From assembly GCA_002104905.1 (NCBI GenBank), contig MCFE01000298.1:1-64000 (forward strand): a stretch of 64,000 bases of DNA, in the 5' to 3' direction. Position numbers and translations under genes: made by a program. This DNA is from Basidiobolus meristosporus CBS 931.73 (taxonomy: Eukaryota > Fungi > Basidiobolomycota). The notes under the pieces are model-generated. The model made no database searches and was not told the DNA's origin. It worked only from the letters and a program-made list of their open reading frames with translations. How positions within the stretch are numbered: position 1 is the first letter of the stretch; each line of letters starts with the position of its first letter. This document shows positions 11,601-24,769 of this stretch, piece by piece.

Positions 11601-12460
11601 AGATAGGCTCAGAATCCATCAGTGAACCTTCTTTGTCAGAACTATCACTCTGTGTGCCATATTCAGAAGGCTGAGGTGAGCCTAAAGGCTTCACAAACTC
11701 ACCTGACTTGGTTTGCGCAAGGTGACAAAGACAGCCAGGTGCCAATATAGAAGTATCAGCTGGCTGGCAAGATAATGTTGGTACAGTAGTGACCAATGAA
11801 TGGTCAAAAATGACTTGGGTGGCAAAACACTGGCCGTGATCCTTGTAATACTTCCTATGCTGTCTGCATGCTTCATGGCTGAGAGGCTTGCCACAATAGC
11901 CACATGGTCTTTTTTCTCTTCTCTTACAGTGTTGAGACAAAGTAGTCTTGTCCATGGGGCAAACAGTTTGACCTTCAACAATGTAATGCTATTATATCAC
12001 TTTTTGGTCAATGCTCATGTGAACTTAAGACAGTCTTGTATTTGAGACATTGCACCTACATGAATGTAAAATTCAATAATGACCTGCCATAGTAAGCATT
12101 ATAAATAAAGTTGGGGCACCACATACACATGTATATGTCACACTATTTCCCCTTTTGTTTGACTCACTTCCATATATATGCTGCCAAAAAATAAAACAAA
12201 GTTGTCTGGTTCTCAACCAAACCCCACTGCTGATGGCAACAGAAGAACGGTTGGACAACAGCTTGCTTTGACATTCAGTGCAACAAGTGGGGCTACATCC
12301 AAAAAAGGCCCTGTGGACAGTGTGCCCATTGAAGGTAATAATGCGGAATCATCAGGCTCTCTGTCAAGTAGGCAATTGAGAACCTCTGCAGAGCCACAAG
12401 CTGACCATTATGCTCAGGCATTTGAGAATGTAGTAAATGCAGTACCCTCTGTGCCCTAAT
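8680..12460 (-). mobile_element. Tnp2/EnSpm(CMC)-like DNA transposon, copy A (truncated in ORF2)
   Basis: Terminus CCCTATGAGAAATAATTTG at 8680, a transposase pseudogene on the minus strand, and a divergent ORF2 from 12178. Cut at about 12460 by a copia RT fragment. Confidence 0.88.
9050..11955 (-). pseudogene. Tnp2 (Transposase_21)/DUF4218-type DDE transposase, copy A
   Basis: Adjacent ORF fragments give an N-terminal CxxC...H motif, ACVNSCMAF...CPIC, FALALDGF..S..SCWPLILFNPNLP, SPSNLDSYLYPLLNEF, and HSLLHL..C...GP..FWEFPMER. Broken by stops and frameshifts. The 3' end is approximate. Confidence 0.88.
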
Positions 12461-13207
12461 GGAAATCAAACTAGGGACTTGGTTGTATTACCAATCAACC
12501 AAAAATAAATTAGGTGCAGACAGCTCTTGAAGACAGAATACAAGGCTGATGGTAAAAATGAAAGATGCAAGGCAAGACTTATGGCCAAAAAATAATATCA
12601 AACAAAAGGACTGGGCTATACTGAGACTTTTGCACTGGTAGCCAGGTTTATTTCCATCCAATTAATATTGCCTATTGCAGCCAAATACAAGTTCTTCATT
12701 CATCAAGTGGATGTAAAAACTTTGTTTTTGGATGGACAACTGCATGAGGGCATGTACATGAATCAGCCTGATGGATTTAGGGATCAGGATAGCCTTCATT
12801 TGTTCTGCAAGCTTAAAAAATCTTCATATGGTCTCAAACAATTACCAAGGTACTGTAATTGCTAGATAGAATTTAATTAGCAAGCTTTGATTTTCCAAAG
12901 GAGTACTGCCAATATAGTATCCACCACAGGTCAGATAGAGCAAGTCCAGCTCTATTAGCTCTTTATGTGAATGATGTTTTTATAGCCACCAGCGACCTAA
13001 AAGCATTAAAAGACACTGAATCAGTCTATCAAAGGACTTCAAGATAGTTGGCCTAGCAAATACAGTTATTGCTTGGGGACAAAGTTCTCCATAGACAGCA
13101 GTTTCCAGACTATTACATTAATCCAATCCAAGTATACTCAAGATATACTTAAGAAGTACCAAATGGAAGGCTCTAAATTGGTAGCTACCCCAGTAGAAAC
13201 TAACCTT
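12460..13207 (+). pseudogene. Ty1/copia reverse transcriptase fragment
   Basis: Degenerate paralog of the RT at 51358-52710 (FIHQVDVKTLFLDG, KLKKSSYGLKQ). No LTRs. Confidence 0.85.
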
Positions 13208-16200
13208 GGCATGCAGAGGGCTTAGAAAGTATTACAAGGATCATTGCTAGTGTTTTGCCACACAGATCTTGTTTGAACATTTATCAGTCATTGCTATGCC
13301 CCCAATATCTTAGCAGCCATTGATACCTCTATAATGGCACCTAGCCATACTTATCAGCTTGCACAAGCTGAGTCAGGTGAGTTTGTGACACCTTTTGGCT
13401 CACCTCAGCCTTTTGAATATGGCACACAGAGTGATAGTTCTGAAGATGAAGGCTCACTGATGCATTGTGACCCTATCTCCCCTAACAACAGTGTCCTGTA
13501 TGGGCCCAACAGAATCCCAATATGCAATGACACAACACCTTTGGAAAAAATGCCAAGGATACCTTATGGCACCAAGTTTGCCCAGTAATCCATCTATTGT
13601 TAAATGATTCAATGTTGTGGCTAGAGAAGTGACATGTTTCCACCAATATCAGGGATGCAGCTTGGAGGTCTTACTACCACATCTTGCCAAAATCATTTGG
13701 GGATGCAACTTACCATCTCCATGGTACAAATGGAAAACATCATGCAGCTGCTAACATATAACCTAGAGACCCTCCTGATACCAGCATGTGTTAACTGTTG
13801 CATTGCATTTACATCAGAAAATGCCATCATTGCACGGTGTCCAACTTGTCAGGAATCCACCACCACTCAACAAAAACATTATTTGCACTCTAGATATATT
13901 CTAGTAGCACCACATCTAGGGAATCCATGCAGCCCAACAAATGTTATGAAGCTATAAATGTTATGATCTACCACTTGAATGTTTGAGTTACATCAGTTTT
14001 TAGTCATATCAATTAGTCATTTGCTTAGCCTGTCAGTGTATCAGTGTCATCTATCAAGTCAGTGGTATTTGTCAGCAGAGGAATCAGCAGATCCTTATCA
14101 GACAGAAATAGCTGTATTAAGTAGGATCTAGTTGGGTAACAATGATACAATTAAATTAGTCATCAGCTACAACTTACATTAGGAAATACAATTAGTCAGC
14201 AATTAATCTGGCGATATGTTTATAAGGAGATGCTGGAACCTCAGTAGAAATCATTTCAAGCTTTATTGAATACAATACTAGCTAAACTCCCTATCCCTCT
14301 AATATTCTGATATTAAGACTTGTAACTTTGGTAGCAGCAATAATCAGAAACCTCCCTACTGAAGAAAGAAGAAGCCACCCTCAAGATGTCAGAAAATCAA
14401 GAGTGGAAGAATGATATGCGGCAAATACTGGCCCAACAGCAATAGTTACTCCAGATCCTTAGTCATCAGCAAGAGGGTATGACAGCCATAGCCCAGAGCC
14501 AGCAAAGCCCTGTCAAAAGCAACTTGAGTGTGAAGGTCAACCAGTACCATAGTATAGTCAATGAAAACCTGAAAACCTGGCTCTTCCAGATTGAAGAGGC
14601 TTTTGAGGCTAAGATAAATGCTCCAGAAAGCATGTTGCATTATGCAGCTTCTTACTTAGCAGATACAACCATACAGTGTTACCACAGCAAGATCAGGTCA
14701 GCCACTATGATGGGATGTGCCACAATCTCTACCTGGGATGAGCTTGTGTCAGATATTCAGGATAGTTCTGAGCCCCCACACCAGCAAACACTACTAAGAA
14801 GGATGTTGAAGACACTCAGACAGAATGAAGTGGTTCAAGAGTACATCAACAAATATAGATGTCTACTTAGACAAATCCAAAGTATGGACCCCATGGATCA
14901 AGCTGAAAACTTTATTGATTGGTTGAAATATAGAACTTGCAAGGAAGTGATTTATCAGAGACCTCTGACTATTGAAGAAGCCTCCAAGATTACCATCAAT
15001 TATGACAGCTATATTTCGAGTTAGGAAGCCCACTACAACTAATCAGAGAGACTATAGTCACTATGAAAGAAGACAATCACACATAGCGCCAATGGAAATA
15101 GATGCTATGAAGAAGAATTCCACCTCAGAAGAATGTTAGCCAAAAGAACTTTGCTTTAATTGCCACCAGCAGGGACATATTGAAAAGTACTGCCCTCAGA
15201 GAAGAAATGGAGAGCAGTCAACAAGAACCTTCAATCATATAGAAGCCCTTGAGCACAGTAACATGGAGGATGAAATCAAAGAAGACTCAGAACTCACCTT
15301 CCACATGATAGAAGAACACCTATCCTAAATAATCTCAAATGCTGAATAGCTATTATACTTGAATGGTGTAATTAAAGGAGTACCTGCCAAGATCATGATT
15401 GACTCAGGCACATCACAAGAGAGCATGTCAGAGCAATTTGCCATCAAAGCTGGAATGAACTTGGAACCCACCATATCAACTTCAGTCTGAGCAGCTGATG
15501 GGAACTCTCACATAATCAACCATGTTACTCAGCCAGTAAGATTGATGATCAACAACTATGAAGAAGACTTACAGTCCTAAATATTTGGAAACTGCAGGTT
15601 TGACCTTGTACTTGGAAAAACCTGGCTATTTTGTTGTAATCCATCAATCAACTGGACAACCCATGCTACTCAGATCTGGAAGGACAACAAGACCTATGAG
15701 CTATTACCTGGCAGACTGGATCTCAACCTGGTCATTTCCAGTATGTGTGAAACAAGTGAGCTTAGCAAGACACAGCTCTGTAGAGCACCTAGAAAAGATA
15801 CCCATATGTACCTCATGGTAGTATTAGAGGAGGCTTCCTCTACTCCAGCACCCCAGAGGGCCCACACTCTTCTGAAGGAATTTTCAGACATGTTTTCAGA
15901 CAAACTCCAAGCCTACCACCAGTCCAAGACATGGATCATTTCATTGACACAAGAGATAACCCTCCTGCAAGTAAGACACCTTACAAAATGAGTCCACAGG
16001 AGTTGGAAGAGATAAAGGGACAAATTGATCAGTTATTGAAGCAGGGATATATTAGACCCAGAAAGTCACCTTAGGGAGCACCGGTTTGTTATGTGAAAAA
16101 GAAGGATGGAGCACTCAGGATGTGCATTGACTACCAAGCCCTCAACTCAATTACTGTGAACAATAAGTACCCCATACCTTGGATTGATGAGCTTTTGGAC

Positions 16201-16573
16201 CAACTCAACAGAGCCACTATATTCAGCAAGATTGTCCCCATATCTGGATACAACCAGATTAGGGTGAAACCAGAGTTCATCCCTAAGACAGCATTCAGGA
16301 TCAGATCTGGACATTACTAGTACTTAGTCATGAGTTCTGGCCTTACAAATGCCCTGCAACATTCATGACCTTGGTGCAGTCAGACTTCCAGGAGTACTTA
16401 GACAAGTTTGTGGTAATTCACCAAGACAACATATTAATATACAGCAAGACAGAAGAGGAACACTTGATGCACATTGAAAAGGTCTTAAGGAAGCTAAAAG
16501 AGAATAATCTGTGTTGCAAGCTAGCAAAGTGTGAGTTCTTGGAGGAAATTGCAGAATACCTGGGACATATAGT

Positions 16574-17303
16574 AGACTTGTTCCATTGGATAGTGCCACA
16601 TTGAGCCATGAGTGCCAAATGATGCCATAGTGTACTAGCAAGGCCAAATGAGTCTATACTTGGCCACAGAGGTTGAAACATAGCTCTGCATCTTCATGCA
16701 AAGCAGCCACTGTGTTTCACTCATTGTGTTGGAGAAAATCCATTTTTTGACCTTTTTTTGGATCAATATCGTGCAGGATGTGGAAGAGCACAGAGGGACT
16801 CAAGACATGCATCTGGTACTCAATACCCATGGCACTCTGAATCTAGCTACTATAGCTTGTAACACGTGACAAAAATGCATGGCATTATCTTGGTCCACCA
16901 GTACTATCTGGCACTATATTTAATTATTAGCCCTAAAGTAAGACCTATACAAAGCATGTATAGTGCCAGATAGTACCAGTGGACCAAGATAGTGCCATGC
17001 ATTCTTGTGACATGTTACAAGCCACAGGAGCTAGATTCAAAGTGCCCTGGATATTGAGTACCATATGCATGTCTTCAATCCTTATGTGCTCTTAGACATC
17101 CTGCACAACATTGATCTAAAAAAAAGGTCAAAAATGGATTTCCTCCAACACAATGGGTGAAACACAGGGGCTGCTTTTCATGAGGATGCAGAGCTATGCT
17201 TCACTCTCTGTGGTCAAGTATAGGTTCAATTGGCCTCCCTGGCCCACTATGACATCATTTTGCACTCATGGCTCAATGTGACACTATCAAACAGAGCAAG
17301 TCT
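16574..17303. mobile_element. 730-bp foldback/MITE-like element with ~345-bp inverted arms
   Basis: 16574-16918 is the reverse complement of 16959-17303 (about 85% identical) around a 40-bp spacer. Both flanks read AGT. Removing the element restores the RT spacing YLGH-IVIYP-GVTLDPKKV. Confidence 0.9.
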
Positions 17304-17535
17304 AGTTATTTACCCTGGAGTGACCTTAGACCCCAAGAAGGTTGAAGTCATCAAGAATCTGAAGCAGCCCCATAGCATATAAGACTCAGATAATTCTTTG
17401 GGATGGTTTCCTATTACTGGTGCCTGGTCAAGTCCTTTGCAAATATTGCAGCCCCTTTAACCAATATTTGCAAGCAAGACAACTCCTTGAAGTGGGACAT
17501 AGCCTGTGAGACTGTCTTTCAGATACTCAAGTATG

Positions 17536-17903
17536 TGTTATGATCTGCTGCTTGAATGTTTAAGGTAGATCAGTTTTTAGTCAAATCAATTTGTATATGT
17601 TTATGTTATCAGTATATCAGTATTATCTATGAAATCAGTAGCATTAGTCAGCAAATGAATCAGCAGATCCTTATCAGACAGAAATAGATATATCAAGTAG
17701 GATCTTATTGACTGATGATGATGCAATCAAATAAGTCATCAGCCACAACCTACATTAGGAAATACAATTAGTCAGCAATTGATCTGACAAAATGTATATA
17801 AGGAGCTGCTGGAACCTCAATAAAGCTCAGTTCAAGTTTTAGTGAATACAATACTAGCTAAACTCCCTATTCCTCTACAACTCTTATACCAAGACTTGTA
17901 ACA
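17536..17903 (+). repeat. Solo LTR of the 368-bp gypsy family
   Basis: TGTTATGATC...CTTGTAACA with 4-bp TSD TATG. Its removal restores FQILKYELAKMPSFRIPDF in the host pol. Confidence 0.95.
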
Positions 17904-18213
17904 TATGAACTTGCTAAGATGCCAAGCTTCAGAATCCCAGACTTCAGAAAAGAGTTTACTCTGTGCACAGATGCTACAGACTATACAATTGGTGGAGTAC
18001 TGAGCCAAGAACATGAGGGAAAGGACTACTCACTTGCTTTTAAGTCCAAGAAATTGAACTCAGCAGAATAAAACTATCCAGTGCATGAGAAAGAGATGAT
18101 TGCCATGGTACACTGCTTGAAGACCTGGGGATGCTATATTGAAGGAGTCAAGTGCACTGTGAAGACTGATCATGCACCACTCAAGTATATATATCCTCAC
18201 AAGGTACTATCCA

Positions 18214-18607
18214 GAAGAATGACAAGATTTAGTGAATGCCTTCAGCAATTTGACTGGGTGATTATCAACTGCTGTGGGAAAAACAACAGAGTTTCTGATG
18301 CCTTATGAAGACTTGATCAAGTTGCACAACTCAACTTGGTGTATGAATCAGATTGGCCTATCTTATCACCAAAGTACTTGGAGGGCCAAGCCATTCCTAA
18401 CAAATTGGATGAAGAATGACAAGATTTAGTGAATGCCTTCAGCAATTTGACTTGGTGATTATCAACTGCCCTGGGAAATACAACAGAGTTTCTGATGCCT
18501 TATGAAGACTTGATCAAGTTGCACAACTCAACTTGGTGCATGAATCAGACTGGCCTAGCCTATTACTAAAGTACTTGGAGGACCAAGCCATTCCTAATGA
18601 GGTGGAT
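18214..18607 (+). repeat. 197-bp tandem duplication inside gypsy pol (RNase H end and linker)
   Basis: Units start GAAGAATGACAAG at 18214 and 18411. GAAGA microhomology recurs at 18608. Confidence 0.92.
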
Positions 18608-21600
18608 GAAGATATTAAGAAGATAATCCGGGATGAAGACAGCAAATTTGTTGTACAGAATGCAACACTCTACCAAATTGCTGATGGAAGCCCTATTGCC
18701 TGCCTGGATTTAATATATAAGCTACACAGTAGATATGAACATCATTAATTTGAAGGAACCTATAGCCTTGTGAAAGTCAGAGCATGGTGGCCTAGAATAA
18801 GACAACATATTGAGAAGCTAGTGAAACCATACCCAAATTGCCAAATTAGCCAAGACCAACCAAAGAAAATTGCTGAACTCTGTCCGCTGGACCCTTCAAG
18901 ACCATTTGATAGATGGGAATTGACCTTATTGGAAGACCACTAATCACTAGGAAATGCAACCATTGGATCCTAGTTGCTGTTGACCATGCTGCCAAAGAGC
19001 CTGTGGCTAAAGCTGTACCTGTAGCCTATGAACAAGAAGTTGCAAGTTTCATCTACCAAGAGATTCTTATGTAGCATGGATGTCTGTAGAACTTGCATCT
19101 AATAGAGGAGTAAGTATTATGGCAAAGAAATTGGAAGCATACCTGGAAATGCAGCAGATCAAACACTTGGAGTCCTTGGAATATCACCCTAGAACTAATG
19201 GAGTCACTGAGCGGTTTAATGGGTTATTTCCAAAAATGCTGACCAAGTGTGCAAATGGAGCTGTCAGCAGATGGGATGAATACATAGACCAAGCTCTTTT
19301 TGCATGCCAAGTTAGAGTACAAAACACCTCCTAACAATTGCCATTTTACTTAGTGTACGGACATAAACCAAGGATTCCAGGAGATCTAACACAGCCAAAG
19401 CTTACAGACAGCCTTGAAGTTGAACTTAGTCAGCCATGTGGACACCACAAGCTGGAACAAAGACATCATGAGGTGCAGGCCAAGGTATCTCAAGGTGCAG
19501 AAAAGATGAAGCAGCGATTTGATAAGACTATTTTACCAGAAGCACTGACAATTGGCAACTTTGTACTGCTGAGAAACAATGCTTAGAAGAAGTTTTAGAT
19601 ACAATAGACAGGACCTTTCAAGTTCATCAGAGAATGTCCATTTGCAACCTACTGACCAGTGGTCAAACAAGGGTGTATTTGGGAAGATTTACTTCATAGA
19701 GACAGACTCATGCTTGCAAGACTTGCTGACAAAACAGAGCCATCAAGATATTTGGATTGCAAGAACAGAGATTCAGGAGAACTCTTTCAGCTTTAGTAGG
19801 GGAGAATGTTATGATATACCACTTGAATGTTTAAGTTGGATGAGTTTTTGGTCAAATCAATTAGTCTTATGCTTAGCCTAACAGTATATCAGTGTCATCT
19901 ATCAAATCAGTTGTATTAGTCAGCAGATGAATCAGCAGATCCTATTAGACAGAAATAGATTTATTTAGTAGGATCCAATTGGGTAATTGTGATGCAATCA
20001 AATAATTCATCAGCCATAATCTACATTAGGAAATACAACTGGTCAGTAGTTGATCTGGCAAAATATTTGTAAGGAGCTGCTGGAACCTCAATAGAAATCA
20101 GTTCAAGTTTTAGTCAATACAATACAAGATAAACTCCCTATCCCTCCACAACCCTTATATCAAGACTTGTAACATAAAGTACTGCACCCAGTATTAGTCA
20201 TGCACAGACATCACCAATATATTTAATGGCAAACATTACAAACAGCTAAGAAGTGAGTGCTACTTTGAAGGTATGTATGACCATATGTTTGCCTTGGCAC
20301 TTAGTGAATTCTCACTGAACAAGTACTCTACCATTTAATCCTGCATACCAATGATTCTCAGTTACCTGAATCTGCTGCCTAGCTTGCATCACCAGAGCAG
20401 AAATTGGGTGGTAGTCTCATTGGTGTCTGGACCTCAATCACTGTACAACCTGAATAGCTTCCTGTATCCATTGCAAGATGAATTTTGCATGCTTTCCAGC
20501 CATATGTTATCAAATGGCCAACATAGCAGATTGCATATTATTATCAGCTTATTACAGAGTCTCTGCTGCCCAAAGTACTTTGTATGGGCTCCAGTAAATA
20601 GTAATACACATATGCAACAATATAAATGCAAGACTAGATGAGCTGGATATGTACATATTCAGGTGGTCTTCTGAAGTAACTTCTACCCAGTGTAGATTGG
20701 AAGCATTGGGAAACATATGTTTTCACTATAGCAATATTCATTCAGAAATGGATCACCAATGCCAACTTGACACATGTGGCTTTTATGCAAGGAGCTTGTA
20801 GCAGGATTTGAGTGGCTATACTACAAGCATAAAGCTGAGCATGTAGAGCCCTGCAGCTACTGTATCCATTCTCTACTGCATCCTGCCTGGTATGTGGAGA
20901 ATATTAATTCTTGCCTCACCATTAGGGGTTTCCTATGGAGCAGATATGGGTGGAGATAGGAAGACAAATCAAGTTGCAGGTGATAGCATATTCTAATCTC
21001 TTAGAAATATTACCTGAAAGTCTTTCTTGAATGTGAAGAGTTGGCACAAGGAGAACTACCAGGAAAAGCTGGAATATACTATGCTAGTAATAGAAAGTAT
21101 ATGACAACTTTGCAGCATCACTCAATAAAGCTATAAAGTTAAAGTGATAGAAGTGTGTCAATTGCAGTGGATGTGCACTTTTGTAGTGATTAGTAAGCAG
21201 GATGCTATTGTTTTTTTGACTCAAGCTATATGTGATATACCTAAGGTCATAGTGGGTAAGCAAATAAAGAGGGGTGATTTTACAGTTGTTGCAGGAATGT
21301 TGCAATGGGAGGTAGAGAAAGGAAATACCACTTGGTATATTGGTACAGTGGCAGTATAATGACTATCTGTAGGCTACTGTACTGCTGTATCATTGCCCAC
21401 AGAGGTTTGCAATAAGGCTGTCAGAACACTCTCAAGTTTCTTGCTATATAAAGCAACTCATTAGATTGGCTGCTTGGGTCTGCGCAATTAAGAGTTGAAC
21501 ATATAAAGACTGCTAAAATACCATGAAGTTCTTGTCAAAAAACCACTAAAACACATTGGAGTACTTAGCTTTATGTTGGAAGTAGGATCAGCAAAACACT

Positions 21601-21734
21601 TTTACATTCCCATCGTAGGGTTGTTTAGAGGGTTGATAATCTGATGCTGCTGGAGTTATGATGGACTCATAGGAGCAGACTGATGACTGATCCAAATTGT
21701 ATCCACATGCAGGAACAAATCATTTTTAATAGGG

Positions 21735-22546
21735 TAACAGATAATGTGTTTTTGGCTATATTAGTAGGTAGAGTACTTCCTTTAAAGTAAGTGTGCGGCT
21801 TCCTTGACTGCTTCTGAGGTTTACTTGAATAGTTCTTTCTCCCACTGCATCAAGCATTCTATTGTCACCCATAATAATCATCTCAACTGGAATTTCTTGT
21901 TATAATGTAAATAGCTTGTTATGTGTATAAAATGTGGAGATGCTCCAGGGTCAGTTTATCACATCTAAGAGTCTTTGATTGTGGTCACAATCAGGGAAGA
22001 TTTGAAGAGTCTATCTTTAGATGTTACATTCTTTTCCCATGAAAATATCCCAAAGGCCTCTTTCTTGTGGCATTTTCATCTTCACCTCCCACACTTGGTG
22101 GTTTGATCCATCCAACTTTGCAGCAGAGTGAATGACTGCAGTAATAGCAGTAGTAGTCATTGCAGAAAGCACAGCTTGGGGTTCATAGCCTATTAGAAAA
22201 TTCTTGGAGATTTGGGAAGTGATTGGGAGAACAAGAAGATAATATGATCTTCACTAGATGAAAAATTTTATATAAAAGTAGAATTTATGAATCCACAAGG
22301 TCTTTGCATAACCAATCCATGGAATAAGCATATTGGCTTACAAAGATCCCAAGAACATGTGTGCCAAGCTTGGGGCTCTTTGGACACACTATCAAATTTC
22401 CATGTTCCCAATACCTGATATTGTAGTGAGAGTATTCCAAGTAAATACTCACAAGGGATTTAGTCAATATTCTGCAAGATTTGTAGGTGATGATATAAGT
22501 GACTAATTAGGTGTACTTATATATTGAATTTCAGACCTTTATAACA
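21735..22546 (-). mobile_element. Deleted copia remnant (5' LTR 22191-22546, PBS, gag and pol pieces)
   Basis: Similar to the 53880-55310 region of the intact copia. Decayed PBS GCTTGGGGTTCATAGCC on the plus strand. Confidence 0.8.
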
Positions 22547-22916
22547 TGGAGAACTCAGACAATCCCATCCTCCAGCTCACAAGTAAAGTGCTGACCAAAA
22601 AACACATTGTAGATCTGTTTGAGTGTCCACCAATCAACTTTAGCATGGCCCAAGTTTCTATGTTGAGCCCTCAGGCTGGTATTCAGGTACTAATTTTTAA
22701 TTTGGCAAAACCAGATATTTCAGCAAGTCAACAAGAATGGAAGTATATAAGCAGAAAGCTGTAGTATAATCTCAACCTCAAGATGCCTGAAAATGAATAT
22801 AAGAAGATGTTCAACAAGACAGGTATTGACATAAAGAATGGGCTGAGAGCAAGGGTGCTTGAAGAGGAGGTTATACACAAGCAGCTCTACATGCAACTTG
22901 TGCAGTACAGACCAGG

Positions 22917-23284
22917 TGTTATGATCTGCTGCTTGAATGTTTAAGTTAGATCAGTTTTTAGTCAAATCAATTAGTATATGTTTATGTTATCAGTATATCA
23001 GTATTATCTATGAAATCAGTAGCATTAGTCAGCAAATGAATCAGCAGATCCTTATCAGACAGAAATAGATATATTAAGTTGGATCTTATTGGGTGATGAT
23101 GATGCAATCAAATAAGTCATCAGCCACAACCTACATTAGGAAATACAATTTGTCAGCAATTGATCTGGCAAAATATATATAAGGAGCTGCTGGAACCTCA
23201 ATAAAAATCAGTTCAAGCTTTAGTGAATGCAATACTAGCTAAACTCCCTATTCCTCTACAACTCTTATACCAAGACTTGTAACA
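22917..23284 (+). repeat. Solo LTR of the 368-bp gypsy family
   Basis: TGTT...AACA with 4-bp TSD CAGG. About 96% identical to the solo LTR at 17536. Confidence 0.95.
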
Positions 23285-24769
23285 CAGGCTCATCTGTTTT
23301 AGGTTCAACTTGGGGAATCAACAAGATTTTGATAAAGTTTTGACAGCAAACAACTAATGCTCTATGCAATATATTATTAGAGCTAAGTGGCTCCAAGGGG
23401 AAACACCCAGGACACATTACAGAAGCAGTTTTAACTTATCTCACAAACAAAAGGTTAGTAACCTGAAGAATCCAAAGGTCAGCCTTAAGCAGAAGAGTAC
23501 AAATCACAGTGAAAATATATAAGTATACATGTATCAAAGCACATTGCACTCAGCCAAGGGCAATGCCAACATATCATATTGCACCTGCACATATTTTTAT
23601 ACCTGACCATCAGTAAGTTACTCTTAGTGATCTGACTGATGAGGACCCACCAACAGCCCCTCCACCACAGGGCCTTTGGTAAGTAAAGGAGAGCATAAGC
23701 ATGTGGCACTTCAGGCTGGTTCCAAAACATCATTAGGAGCAAACCTGCACAATCAAGTAAAAGCACTGCACTCCTCAACCAGGAGGGAACACACCAATTA
23801 AAAGTACAGTAGTAGGTAATATGACAATCAACAAGGAAGTGGTCTAGGTGTAGAAAGTATAAACATTGTATTGCTGCCAAATGTGTGCTTTCCAGAGGAC
23901 TTCCTCCTTAACTCATATATTATGGTATTATCTAAGCACCAATATCAGAACATCATCTTCCCACAGTGTGAATGACAAGTAGTCCTCAAATGTTTGAAGC
24001 ATAGCTAGCCAGCTCCATGCCATCTGCCATTTTTGGGAATTAATCAGAAATAGGGATACTTAAGATACAGGAAATCTGTTTGAAAGAAACTTTAGACTGG
24101 CAGAAATGCATTTACTCTTCCACACTATACCTATAATATTATCCATTTTGAACATGAGGTGTCTCAAGGCAAGTGAGCCCTTTGAGATACTCAGAAATTT
24201 GCAAGAACTGGCAAGATATCACAGAGTGTCCACAGTTCTCTTCAACCATAGTAATGGCACCTTACAGATATCTAAAGACTTGTTTAACTGCTGTAATTTG
24301 ACCACATTAATAATTGTGCTTAATTTCACTGACTACTATAACTCCCACTGCAATATCTTGATATGTAGACACCATCAAAGACATCAAGCTACAAATCATT
24401 GATTAATAGGGAATGTTTTGGCCCATATTTGAACTGTTTTGACCCAAAACTGGCTGAGATTTGCCAATTTCAAGTGATTGTCCATGGGGGTTTATGCAGG
24501 CTTGCAATTTTCTACTTTGAAGCATCTAAGGATGTCCTTGATGTATAAGACTGCTTCAGCACAATCTACTGCATATATATGTCAAATTGACCCAATTCAA
24601 AGAGAATAGCTCAATTTTTTGAACAAGTCCTTTGTATACAGTATTTGGCTACCTAAATTCCAAAGGGGAGCTTTCATTAAATGTGCCATTAAATAATGCT
24701 GACTTGGAGCTTTCCAGAAGTTGCTAGATTGTAGTAGAACTCTCTAGAAGGAACAAGGATTTATTAACC

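Larger units (their letters stand above)
13959..20174 (+). mobile_element. Full-length decayed Ty3/gypsy LTR retrotransposon
   Basis: LTRs at 13959-14327 and 19807-20174 (~368 bp, TGTTATGAT...TGTAAC(A), roughly 83% identical). 4-bp TSD TAAA. PBS TTGGTAGCAGC and PPT TTTAGTAGGGGAGAA. Gag from 14386 with a CCHC knuckle, then protease (IDSG), RT, RNase H (TDA..IGGVLSQ) and integrase (YHPRTNGVTERFN) in gypsy order. Many stops. Confidence 0.95.
13208..21734 (+). mobile_element. Tnp2/EnSpm-like transposon, copy B (internally deleted, interrupted by the gypsy element)
   Basis: Transposase fragments at 13208-13958 and 20175-21360 rejoin across the gypsy TSD (GAAGC TAAA GTACTGCACCCAG, equivalent to KAIQYRTQ). 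It ends in the inverted terminus CATTTTTAATAGGG at 21734. Confidence 0.82.

Noticed and set aside
16856-16864. CTTGTAACA inside the foldback arm, identical to the gypsy LTR end
   Set aside because: It is only a 9-bp match with no further similarity, so it is probably chance.
19500-19806. Chromodomain at the end of the gypsy integrase
   Set aside because: I found no recognisable chromodomain motif before the PPT.
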